The position numbers and the translations under genes are program-made. Shown one piece after another: positions 11,223 to 19,604 of a stretch of DNA of 64,000 bases (position 1 is the stretch's first letter; every line of letters starts with the position of its first letter). Below the pieces are notes generated by a model. That model was not told the DNA's origin and ran no database searches. It saw nothing but the letters and a program-made list of their open reading frames with translations. Source of the DNA: Alphaproteobacteria bacterium (GTDB lineage Bacteria > Pseudomonadota > Alphaproteobacteria > VGEJ01); NCBI GenBank assembly GCA_965226045.1, contig CBDDBU010000024.1, positions 68,425 to 132,424 of the forward strand, in the 5' to 3' direction.

Positions 11223-11446
11223 CCCCCCGCTTGCCCCCGTGGGCCCACAGGGACCTCCCACGCGCGGGCCGCCGCCAGCCGCGCGGAGGGGCGTCGCCCC
11301 GCGCGCGGGTCCCTCCTGTGGGCTACCGGGACAAGCTACCGCCGAAGCCCTTGGTGCAATTTTACGCCGCCGCGCCGGTACATTCTCTCCGCCGTTGACA
11401 TTTGCGTGATAACTTCCCGCGTACCGCTACCGGAGGGATTGTATTG

Positions 11447-11493
11447 ATGCCCAGCCCCAAGCTCCTCGACGCCTCGTTCGGCGCTCTCGCTAG
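11447..11493 (+). pseudogene. N-terminal remnant of an ArsR/SdpR-type regulator, cut by an IS21 end
   Basis: GGAGG upstream, then ATG CCC AGC.. = MPSPKLLDASFGALA, which resembles the LDxxFxALADPTR start of ArsR proteins; TGTCAACGGCGGAG begins at 11494. Confidence 0.5.
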
Positions 11494-11645
11494 TGTCAAC
11501 GGCGGAGCAAAAAGGGGCCATGTGGCGGCGTAAGAAGGGGCCACTTAGCGCGGCTGGGGCTTGTCCCCCCGTAGTCCACGGGCGGGGCCCCGCGCGTGGG
11601 TGGGACCTGTGGGCCCACGGGGGCAAGTGATGCGAGGTGGTGGGA

Positions 11646-11782
11646 TCAGGCGGCGTTCGGTTTCTGGCGCCCTCGGCTCTGATTGAGTCGGTAGCTTTCG
11701 CCGTTCATCTCGAGGATGTGGGCGTGATGGGTGAGCCGGTCCAGAGGTGATGCTCCAACAGCACCTGCGGCGTATCGGTCAT
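11646..11782 (-). pseudogene. istB: istB remnant with a large internal deletion
   Basis: MTDTPQVLLEHHL joined directly to LDRLTHHAHILEMNGESYRLNQSR in a shifted frame. Confidence 0.85.
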
Positions 11783-13279
11783 GTACCGGCTCCAGACAGC
11801 AGGCTCATGTAGCTCCGGGCCGAGGTGGTCGCCACCATGGCCTTGGGCAGGTAGGGATAGACGTCGAGGTTGAGCCGCGGCGGCCGGCGCTCGATCCGGC
11901 ACAGCATCAGGTGCTTGACCGCATCGAAGCCGATCGCGCCCAATCGCAAGGCATCGCGGGCCGCAGCTTCGACATCCTTGAGCCGGAATGTCTCCAGTAG
12001 CCGAAGGACCTGGACGTACTCGCGCTTTCCCGCCTTGCCCATGCGCGCCTCCATCAAGCGGCGCAGCGTGGCGAAGACCTCGGGCAGGTCCCAGGCCTGG
12101 AGTGGCGCGGCCTGGTCCAGCGCCGCGGTCTTTTGTTCGATCAGCGGCAGGTAATGCAGCGGACCGAACATCAGGTCCTCGCGCTCATAGGAGCGCGAGG
12201 TGCCGGGCTATCGTCTCCGCGCCGCAGCTGATGACCACCGCGTCGACATAACCCCGGATCAGCACCCCACGATGGCCATAAGCAACCGGCACGGAGTAGT
12301 CGTTGCTCTTGTAGCGGACCAAGGACAGTGAGCTCACCCGGTCGGAACGCCGGTCGCAGGCGTCATAGGGTCCCGGCGGCAAATCCTGGAACGCCGCGCA
12401 GTCGCGGATAAGCCGTTCGCCGATCGTCTCTGTGTGACGGCGCAGCCGATCGCCGAGCCGGCGAAGGCTGTGCCCCTCGAGCCGGGCATTGAGCGTCTCG
12501 AAGCTCTCCGCATGCGGGATCGGCACCAGGAAGTTGCGACGGGCATAACCCACCAGCCCCTCGACCTTACCCTTGTCGTTGCCCTTGCCAGGACGACCGA
12601 AGCGATCCTCGAACAGATAATGGGATTGCAGCTCCGAGAAGGTCCTGGTCCGTTGTCGCATGCCGTCACCGAGGATCCGCGCCACGGCGAGCTTGGTATT
12701 ATCGTACAGGATCGAGAGCAAAACTTTGCCGAAGAAGGCGAATGCGGCGACATGGCCGCCGCAGAACGCCTCGGATGTCTCAGCCGGGTAGGCCTTCACG
12801 AAGAGCGCATCGCTGTGCGGCAGGTCGAAAGCGAAGAAGTGTGCCTTGCGCTCAGTGCCGCCGATCACCGCCAGCGCCTCGCCAAAGTCCACTTGGGCAT
12901 GCCCCGGCGGATGAGCCAGTGGCACGAACATCTCCCGTGACCGGACACGCCGCTCGCGCACGTAGTCCTTCATGATCGTGTAGCTGCCCGTGAACCCATG
13001 CTCGTCGCGCAGTCGCTCGAGGATCCGCTTCGCCGTATGACGCTGCTTGCGCGGCGTCGTCCGGGCCTCCTCCAGGATCCGATCGATGATCCCGGCGAAC
13101 CCATCCAGCTTCGGACGACTTGGCGGACCGCTTCGCTGGTAGCCCGGAGGCACCGAGAACATCAACATCTTCGCGACCGTCTTCCGGTCGATCCCGAAAC
13201 GCCGCGCCGCTTCCCTCCGGCTCAGCCCTTCATGATGGCATGCAAGCCGCACTCGACGATCAAGGTCCACCCCGTACAT
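11779..13279 (-). pseudogene. istA: istA with a frameshift
   Basis: MYGVDLDRRVRL..AQVDFGE..ILYDN..KGKVE; frameshift near 12200 before MFGPLHYL. Confidence 0.88.
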
Positions 13280-13621
13280 CCCCCTGCCCTCAATCCAGTC
13301 GCTCCAGATCAAAGGCTAAACGCGGCCCACTTTCGCGCCGCCGCAGCCGGCCCAAACCAGCCGCTTCAATGGGGGATTATTCCGCCGCCGTTCTCAGTTC
13401 GCGCCCTTGAGCACGCCCCGGCGAGATGTGCCCGTCAGAAGTGTGGATTCCGGTTTGATCGGCATGATGTAACTTCGCGCCTCCCCTGCTGCGCCGTCCG
13501 CTCCATTCGCGCCGGCACGGTTACGGGTTTTATTGCACGGCCAAGCGCCGCGCACGTTGGGAAAACGCTGACGCCTCCGACTTGCGTTGTCAATCTCGCG
13601 CCGTCGATTGCGGGCGCCGAT

Positions 13622-14674
13622 TCAGTCGTCGAAGCCGACGCGATCGACCAGCATCGTGGCCGCCGGACCGTAGGCGGCGATGGCGTCAAGGCCCAGCCGG
13701 TCGGCCTCGAACCCGCCCCAAGATTCGACCTCTGGATGCCATGGCACCCCAGCCTTGACCGGGTACTCGAGATTCCGCTCGGCGTAGATCCGCTGCCCCT
13801 CATCACCGCTTAGAAATTCGACGAACGCGACGGCGGCAGCCAGGTTCTTGGCGCTCTTGGCGACGGCCACGCCGCTGATGTTGACGTGGGTGCCCCACCC
13901 CCCCCGATCGGAGTCACCTTGGTTCGGGAAGAATATAGCGACGGCTTCCGCCCAATGGCGCTGCTCCTCGTCTTGCTTCATCAGGCCCATGTAGTAGGTG
14001 TTGCCGATGCTGAGATCGCACAGCCCCTCGGTGATCGCCTTGATCTGGGCGCGGTCGTTGCCCTGGGGCCGGCGCGCGAGGTTCGCCTTCACGCCGCGCA
14101 GCCACGTCTCGGTGGTCGCTTCGCCGTGATGGGCAATCATGGCCGCGATCAGTCCCCGATTGTAGATGTGGTGGCCCGAGCGCATACAGATACGGCCGCG
14201 CCAGCGCGGGTCAGCAAGATCCTCGTAGGTCGAGAGTTCGCCAGGTTCGATCCGGTCTCGGGCGTAGTAGACCACGCGCGCCCGCGTTGTCAGGCCGAAC
14301 CACAGCCCGTCGGGACCGTGGTACGGGGCGGGAATATCGCGATCCAAGAGCGGCGACGAGACGGCGCGCAGAAGGCCGGCCTCGGCCAAGGCATCGAGGC
14401 GAGCGACATCGGCCGTGAGCACGACGTCGGCCGGGCTGTTGGGGCCTTCCGCCTTGAGCCGTTCGAGCAGCCCCTCCTTGATGTAGACGATGTTAACGGT
14501 GACGCCCTGGCGCTCGGTGAACCGCTCGATCAAGGGCTGGACGAGGTATTCCTGACGATAGGAGTAGACGTTGAGCTCGGTGCTCGCGGCCGCCCCAATC
14601 GCCGTCAGAAACGCCAGTCCGGATAGCGCCAATGCCGCCGGACTCGATAGCTTCATCCCGGTGATGGTGCCCAT
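13622..14674 (-). CDS. Fe(III) ABC transporter substrate-binding protein (FutA/FbpA-like)
   Basis: Signal peptide, NVYSYRQ, SPADVVLTAD, GLTTRARV, GNDRAQI, IGNTYY, NLEYPV. Confidence 0.92.
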   Translation of the reverse strand: MGTITGMKLSSPAALALSGLAFLTAIGAAASTELNVYSYRQEYLVQPLIERFTERQGVTVNIVYIKEGLLERLKAEGPNSPADVVLTADVARLDALAEAGLLRAVSSPLLDRDIPAPYHGPDGLWFGLTTRARVVYYARDRIEPGELSTYEDLADPRWRGRICMRSGHHIYNRGLIAAMIAHHGEATTETWLRGVKANLARRPQGNDRAQIKAITEGLCDLSIGNTYYMGLMKQDEEQRHWAEAVAIFFPNQGDSDRGGWGTHVNISGVAVAKSAKNLAAAVAFVEFLSGDEGQRIYAERNLEYPVKAGVPWHPEVESWGGFEADRLGLDAIAAYGPAATMLVDRVGFDD

Positions 14675-14735
14675 TGAACCTTTCTGATCTTTGTTGGGCC
14701 TCCCCTGCGCACGTACGTGGCTCTCGTCCCCTCTT

Positions 14736-14815
14736 ATGCGATTGCCACTCAGTCGCATTCGCACTCGACCATCACAACGCCCGATTGTCAATTGCGAATG
14801 CGACTTATTCTCGTT
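14736..14815. promoter_or_regulatory. Candidate Fur operator and promoter between the iron-binding protein gene and fur
   Basis: Perfect 13-bp inverted repeat TGCGAATGCGACT (14751-14763, 14793-14805), dyad ATGCGA-N11-TCGCAT (14736-14758), minus-strand TTGACA at 14786-14791. Confidence 0.65.
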
Positions 14816-14966
14816 GGTGACGAGCGAGATGGCCGCCGCGTAGCGGCGGCAGGGTGGGCCGGTCGCCGCGACCGACCCTCGTGCCGCGATTGCACCGTCT
14901 GGAACGTTATGCTACTGCGGCTCTCGGGCTGGGAGACCGTCGTCGAACCGTCGTCTTGGGAGCGGC

Positions 14967-15395
14967 ATGACCTCTCGCATCGAGAAGCTCTGCGAGGATA
15001 AAGGCATCCTGATGACCGAGCAGAGACGCGTGATCGCGCGCGTCCTGGCCGGTGCCAGCGATCATCCAAGCGTCAAGGAGGTCTACAGCCGTGCGTCCGC
15101 GCTGGACCCCAGCATCAGCATCGCGACGGTCTATCGGACCCTGAAGCTGTTCGAGGAAGCCGGCATTCTGGAGCGCCACGCGTTCGGCGGCGGTGAGGCG
15201 CGCTACGAGGAGGCCCCAACCGAGCACCACGATCATCTGATCGATATCGAGACGGGACAGGTGATGGAGTTTCAAAACGAGGAGATCGAGCGACTACAAC
15301 ACGCCATGGCGGCGCGATTGGGCTACGAGCTGGTCGGCCATCGGCTCGAGCTGTACGGCCGCCGCCGCGACAACGGGGAGGACCAAGACCAATGA
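14967..15395 (+). CDS. fur: Ferric uptake regulator
   Basis: MTEQRRVIARVL..DHPS..ISIATVYRTLKLFEEAGILERH..HHDHLID. Confidence 0.93.
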   Translation: MTSRIEKLCEDKGILMTEQRRVIARVLAGASDHPSVKEVYSRASALDPSISIATVYRTLKLFEEAGILERHAFGGGEARYEEAPTEHHDHLIDIETGQVMEFQNEEIERLQHAMAARLGYELVGHRLELYGRRRDNGEDQDQ

Positions 15396-16327
15396 GCCGA
15401 TTCGTGACCGTCGGCGGCGCCCAACTCGGGCCGATCGCGCGCTCGGAGTCCCGTCAGATCGTGGTCGCCCGGCTGCTGGAGCTGATGCGCGAGGCCGCCG
15501 CCCGGGGCTGCGATCTGGTCGTCTTCCCGGAACTGGCGCTAACCACGTTCTTTCCGCGCTGGTGGATGGAGGACGAGGCCGAGATCGACGCCTTCTTCGA
15601 GCGCGAGATGCCGAACGCGGCGACCGCGCCCCTGTTCGAGGAAGCCGCCCGGCGCGGCATCGGCTTTCATCTCGGCTATGCCGAACTGGCCACCGAGGGC
15701 AGCGCCACCAGGCACTTCAACACCGCGATCCTGGTCGACAAATCAGGTGCCATCGTCGGCAAGTATCGCAAGGTGCACCTGCCCGGCCACGCCGACGATC
15801 GCTCCCACTTCCCGTTCCAGCACCTCGAGAAGCGCTACTTCGATGTCGGCGATCTCGGCTTCGAGACCTGGCGGACCCTGGGCGGCGTGATGGGCATGTG
15901 CATCTGCAACGATCGGCGCTGGCCCGAGACCTACCGGGTGTTGGGCCTGAAGGGCGCCGAGATGATAGTGCTCGGCTACAACACGCCGGTGCACTTGCCG
16001 TGGGAGCCGATCTACGACCACCTCACCGACTTCCACAATCACCTCAGTATGCAGGCCGGCGCCTATCAGAACTCGACTTTCGTGGTCGGCGTGGCCAAAG
16101 CCGGCAACGAGGAGGGCAGCGTGCTGGTCGGCGGCAGCTGCATCATCGCGCCGTCAGGCGAAATCGTCGCCCAGGCGGCAACGATGGACGACGAACTCAT
16201 CACCTATCGCTGCGACCTCGATCTGTGCGCTCACAACAAGCAGGCGATGTTCAATTTCGCCGAGCACCGGCGCATCGAGCACTACGGCATCATCACTAGC
16301 CAGACCGGCGCCACCCCGCCCGACTGA
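15392..16327 (+). CDS. N-carbamoyl-D-amino acid amidohydrolase (nitrilase fold)
   Basis: VFPELALTTFFPRW, YRKVHLPGH, CICNDRRWPE (E-K-C triad), GYNTP. Confidence 0.9.
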   Translation: MSRFVTVGGAQLGPIARSESRQIVVARLLELMREAAARGCDLVVFPELALTTFFPRWWMEDEAEIDAFFEREMPNAATAPLFEEAARRGIGFHLGYAELATEGSATRHFNTAILVDKSGAIVGKYRKVHLPGHADDRSHFPFQHLEKRYFDVGDLGFETWRTLGGVMGMCICNDRRWPETYRVLGLKGAEMIVLGYNTPVHLPWEPIYDHLTDFHNHLSMQAGAYQNSTFVVGVAKAGNEEGSVLVGGSCIIAPSGEIVAQAATMDDELITYRCDLDLCAHNKQAMFNFAEHRRIEHYGIITSQTGATPPD

Positions 16328-16357
16328 GCGGCGGCCGCGAAAGTTCCGGGCAGGCCG

Positions 16358-16388
16358 AAAAAAAGCCCGGCCTCGTTTGAGGCCGGGC
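16358..16388 (-). terminator. Rho-independent terminator
   Basis: 10-bp perfect stem GCCCGGCCTC-GTTT-GAGGCCGGGC with an A7 run (U7 on the minus strand), 20 bp after the stop of 16409..17812. Confidence 0.85.
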
Positions 16389-16408
16389 TCGATGCGGCGC
16401 GCCGCTTC

Positions 16409-17812
16409 TTAGCCGTAGTAGCCGGCGTCCTCCAGGACCCGGGTGATACCCGCCTGCATCTTCTTGAGCGCGTCCTCGATGCTCTGCTCACCATTGACGG
16501 CATCGGCCACTTCGATTCCGTTTTGCGAAGAGATCGAAAATCCCTCGGGAATCATGAGGGCGTTGGTGATGCCGTATGGCATGCTGGCCATAAGTCCCCT
16601 AAAAAACAGCTTTTCGTCCTTGTGCCGATCGAGAATAGAGATCCTCCCCGGTTGTCCCCCGGCGGCGACTACTGCTTCGCCAATAGCGGGATCCACCGAG
16701 TCTCCGGACGCCAAAAACTTCGCAAATGCAATTCCTGCCTCTTTGTTGGTCGAATAGGTCGAGATAAAGGCGCCAAACCCGCCGGTACTCACCCGATGCG
16801 CGCCTTTTTCATTGTCTCCTTTAGGAGGTAGGTCTGCGTTAAAAACATGGCAGTATTCGGTGAAGCTACAATCGTTCAACGTGGCAGTACCCCAAGTTAA
16901 CGGGCCGAATACGGCGCTCCCATTGCCGAAGGCCTTATTACACTCATCCTCCGACGCGTTGGCAGTCACAGGGTGGGCGTACTTCTGAATGTCGACCAGT
17001 GCCTTCAAGGCCAAGTACCCTTCCTCGGACTCGACGGTTGCATTCCAATAACCGGGCTCCTGGCGGTCCACCAAGTGGCCGCCAAAAGCGCGCAGTATCC
17101 CGAAAAACTGATAACCGGCCCAGAAGCTCCGCTGCATTGCACCTACGTAACCGTACTGTTCTGTGTTTGGCGAGTGCAGTTCTTTAGCTGTCTCGATCGC
17201 ATCGGCCCAATTTCCCGGGACCGAGAGGCCGGCCTTGTCAAAAATGTCCTTACGGTAGAACGTCATCTGACAATTAGCATCATGGCATAAGCCGTAGAGC
17301 GTCCCGGTCTCAGTAGCCAACGGGATGCGGTAGAGGTTCTGCAATGCCTCCGGCACATCGCTCTGGTAGTCCGCAAACCATTCCGGGTCGGCGTCCATGT
17401 ATGATTGTAGCGGTACCATCGCATCCATTGATTCGAGCGTTGGGTACTGACCATAATCCTGTGTTATCGAATCGAATGCATCTGATTCTGATTGCATAAC
17501 GACGTTGATTTTCGGCAGCATCTCCGAAGCTGGAACCGTGACTATATTGAGTTTGACGTTCGGAAAGGCTTTCTCGAACAGCGGCTTTAGGGCACGCGCT
17601 ACGCCGTCAAATCGCTTGCCACTGGCGGTTAGGTGGACTACCTCGCCGCTGACCTCGGCGTTGACTTCGCGCGGGCAAAAGTTTGCCGCGATGGCGGCGA
17701 TCGCGGCCGCCGAACTCGCCTGCAGCATACGTCGGCGCGTCAGCGCGCCGCGCCGGTGTTGGGCTGCGTCGGCCATCGTCCTTACCAGAGTGTCGTGAGA
17801 TCGGTCGTCCAT
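16409..17812 (-). CDS. Tat-exported sugar-type ABC substrate-binding protein, no permease adjacent
   Basis: TRRRMLQ Tat motif, FYRKDIFDKAGL..P.NW, FGPLTW, GGFG. Confidence 0.85.
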   Translation of the reverse strand: MDDRSHDTLVRTMADAAQHRRGALTRRRMLQASSAAAIAAIAANFCPREVNAEVSGEVVHLTASGKRFDGVARALKPLFEKAFPNVKLNIVTVPASEMLPKINVVMQSESDAFDSITQDYGQYPTLESMDAMVPLQSYMDADPEWFADYQSDVPEALQNLYRIPLATETGTLYGLCHDANCQMTFYRKDIFDKAGLSVPGNWADAIETAKELHSPNTEQYGYVGAMQRSFWAGYQFFGILRAFGGHLVDRQEPGYWNATVESEEGYLALKALVDIQKYAHPVTANASEDECNKAFGNGSAVFGPLTWGTATLNDCSFTEYCHVFNADLPPKGDNEKGAHRVSTGGFGAFISTYSTNKEAGIAFAKFLASGDSVDPAIGEAVVAAGGQPGRISILDRHKDEKLFFRGLMASMPYGITNALMIPEGFSISSQNGIEVADAVNGEQSIEDALKKMQAGITRVLEDAGYYG

Positions 17813-17970
17813 CGGTTTCCTCCCGCCGGCGCGAGGGCCGGCCCATTGATTTCCTGGAACGCAATAGACCAAGGCATACGAACGCGGCGGCGACTCTAGC
17901 AGAGTTTGAGCCGATGCACCGGCCGGGACGGAGCTGTATGGTGGGGCGCGACGTTATGTGAGGAGCAGGG

Positions 17971-19134
17971 ATGGCTGGCGGACCGCGCCCCTTTTGGGCC
18001 CACATCGACCTCGACGCCCTACGCCATAACTACGCCGAGGTGTGCCGGCTTGCCGGGCCCGACATCAAGATCATGCCGGCGGTCAAGGCGGACGGCTATG
18101 GCCATGGCGCGGTTGGCGTCGCGCGCGCCCTCTCCGACTTGGGCGCCTTCGCGTTGGTCACCGGCGCTTTCGAGGAGGCCTTGGCGATTAGGCAGGCCGG
18201 CGTCAAGACGCCGATCTTGATGCTCGGCCATTGCCCGTCTGAGGCGCTGCCCGAGGTGACGGCGGCCGGCTTCATCCCGACGATCGTCGACATGGCCGGG
18301 GCGGCGGCGGTCGCTACGTCCTCCGGCCCACCGGGGGCCGTCTATATCAAAGTCGACTGCGGGTTGCGGCGGCTCGGCGTCGCATTGGAAGCGGCCGATG
18401 CATTCGTCCGCGCGGTCGCCGCGATGCCTGGCGTGAAGATCGAAGGTCTCTACACCCACGTGCCATTTCACGACAACGCCGGGGCCGAGTGGTCGCGCGC
18501 GCGGCTGGCGGCGTTCGATGGCCTGGTGAGGCGGCTCGCGGCGGCCGGTATCGAGATCCCTGTGACGCAGGCCATGGCCAGCGCCAACCTGCTGGCCGGG
18601 CACAGCGACGCCAGCAACGCAGTGTGCGTCGGCCACCTTCTGTACGGGCTGCCGTGCGCCGACGCGGAAATCGGCGATGCGTCCGCCTTCAGGCCGGTCC
18701 TCGCGGCGGTCAGCACCCGCCTCATTCACGTCTCCACCTGTGCCGGCGCCCCCGCCGGCTCCGCGGCGGAACCAAGCCCCTATGGCCGGCGCAACGCGAC
18801 CACCATCGGCGTGATCCCGGTCGGGCTCTCCGATGGGCTCAGGAACCCGCGCGAGGGCCAGACCATGGAGATGCTGGTGCGAGGCCGCCGGGTTCCGGTG
18901 CTTGGCGTTTCGCTCGAGCACTGTGTGCTCGATTTGGGCGCGGTGACAAATGTTGGCGCGGCGACGCCTGAGGTCGGTGATGAGGTCGTGGTCATCGGCG
19001 CTGAGCGGAATGAGCGCATCGACCTCGCGGACCTGGCGACGTGGCATGGCTGCAGCGAGCGCGAGGTCATGATGCTGTTCGCAGGTCGCCTGCCGCTCGA
19101 CCACGACGGCCCACGACCTGCGCCGAGGCGGTGA
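17971..19134 (+). CDS. alr: Alanine racemase-family PLP enzyme (divergent)
   Basis: AHIDLDALRHN, VKADGYGHG (PLP Lys), KVDCGLRRLG, GLYTH, SPYG. Confidence 0.8.
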   Translation: MAGGPRPFWAHIDLDALRHNYAEVCRLAGPDIKIMPAVKADGYGHGAVGVARALSDLGAFALVTGAFEEALAIRQAGVKTPILMLGHCPSEALPEVTAAGFIPTIVDMAGAAAVATSSGPPGAVYIKVDCGLRRLGVALEAADAFVRAVAAMPGVKIEGLYTHVPFHDNAGAEWSRARLAAFDGLVRRLAAAGIEIPVTQAMASANLLAGHSDASNAVCVGHLLYGLPCADAEIGDASAFRPVLAAVSTRLIHVSTCAGAPAGSAAEPSPYGRRNATTIGVIPVGLSDGLRNPREGQTMEMLVRGRRVPVLGVSLEHCVLDLGAVTNVGAATPEVGDEVVVIGAERNERIDLADLATWHGCSEREVMMLFAGRLPLDHDGPRPAPRR

Positions 19135-19308
19135 AACCCCTTGCAACAGCGCACCTCATGTGTGCAAGGTTGAGGGCGCCGGAGGTGCCGCGCGAAGGCC
19201 TATTTTGGTTTGTTGGTCGCGCCACGCCGCCGGTTTTGGTGCCGTCGTGACCAGCGGGTGGGTGGCGACAACCCGCGAAGCGTGATGAGTGGAGCGAGGT
19301 AGAGCCGG

Positions 19309-19545
19309 TTGGCGGGACGACCAAACTACCGGGGCAAACGCCTTGACCGAGAGCGGAAAAAGGCGGCGAAGAGGGCCGCCAAGCAGGCCGACAGGGTGGA
19401 GCGCACGGCGCTTCGCCAAGAGGGTCCTGATGGAATGATGCCCGACGACACCAGGCCCGACGACATTAGGCCCGACGACACGCCGCCGGAGTCGGCGCTT
19501 GATACACAGCCTCGGTCGGCGGGCGGCGAGAGCTCTGCGGAGTAG
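19309..19545 (+). CDS. Small basic hypothetical protein
   Basis: TTG start after GAGGTAG; RPNYRGKRLDRERKKAAKRAAK; 15-bp unit repeated three times (PDDTR/PDDIR/PDDTP). Confidence 0.55.
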   Translation: MAGRPNYRGKRLDRERKKAAKRAAKQADRVERTALRQEGPDGMMPDDTRPDDIRPDDTPPESALDTQPRSAGGESSAE

Positions 19546-19604
19546 CTCTCGGACGTCCGCACGGTGGCCGTAACGGCCACGCGCCGTTGAGGGACGGGAG
19601 CAAG

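Larger units (their letters stand above)
8860..11400 (+). mobile_element. Complete IS21-family element (2541 bp)
   Basis: Ends TGATTACCGGCGGAG... and ...CTCCGCCGTTGACA, subterminal repeats, istA-istB, flanking direct repeat TTTGCG at 8854-8859 and 11401-11406. Confidence 0.93.
11494..13396 (-). mobile_element. Decayed IS21-family element
   Basis: Ends TGTCAACGGCGGAG (11494) and reverse-complement TGAGAACGGCGGCGGAAT (13396); broken istA and istB; no target duplication visible. Confidence 0.85.
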
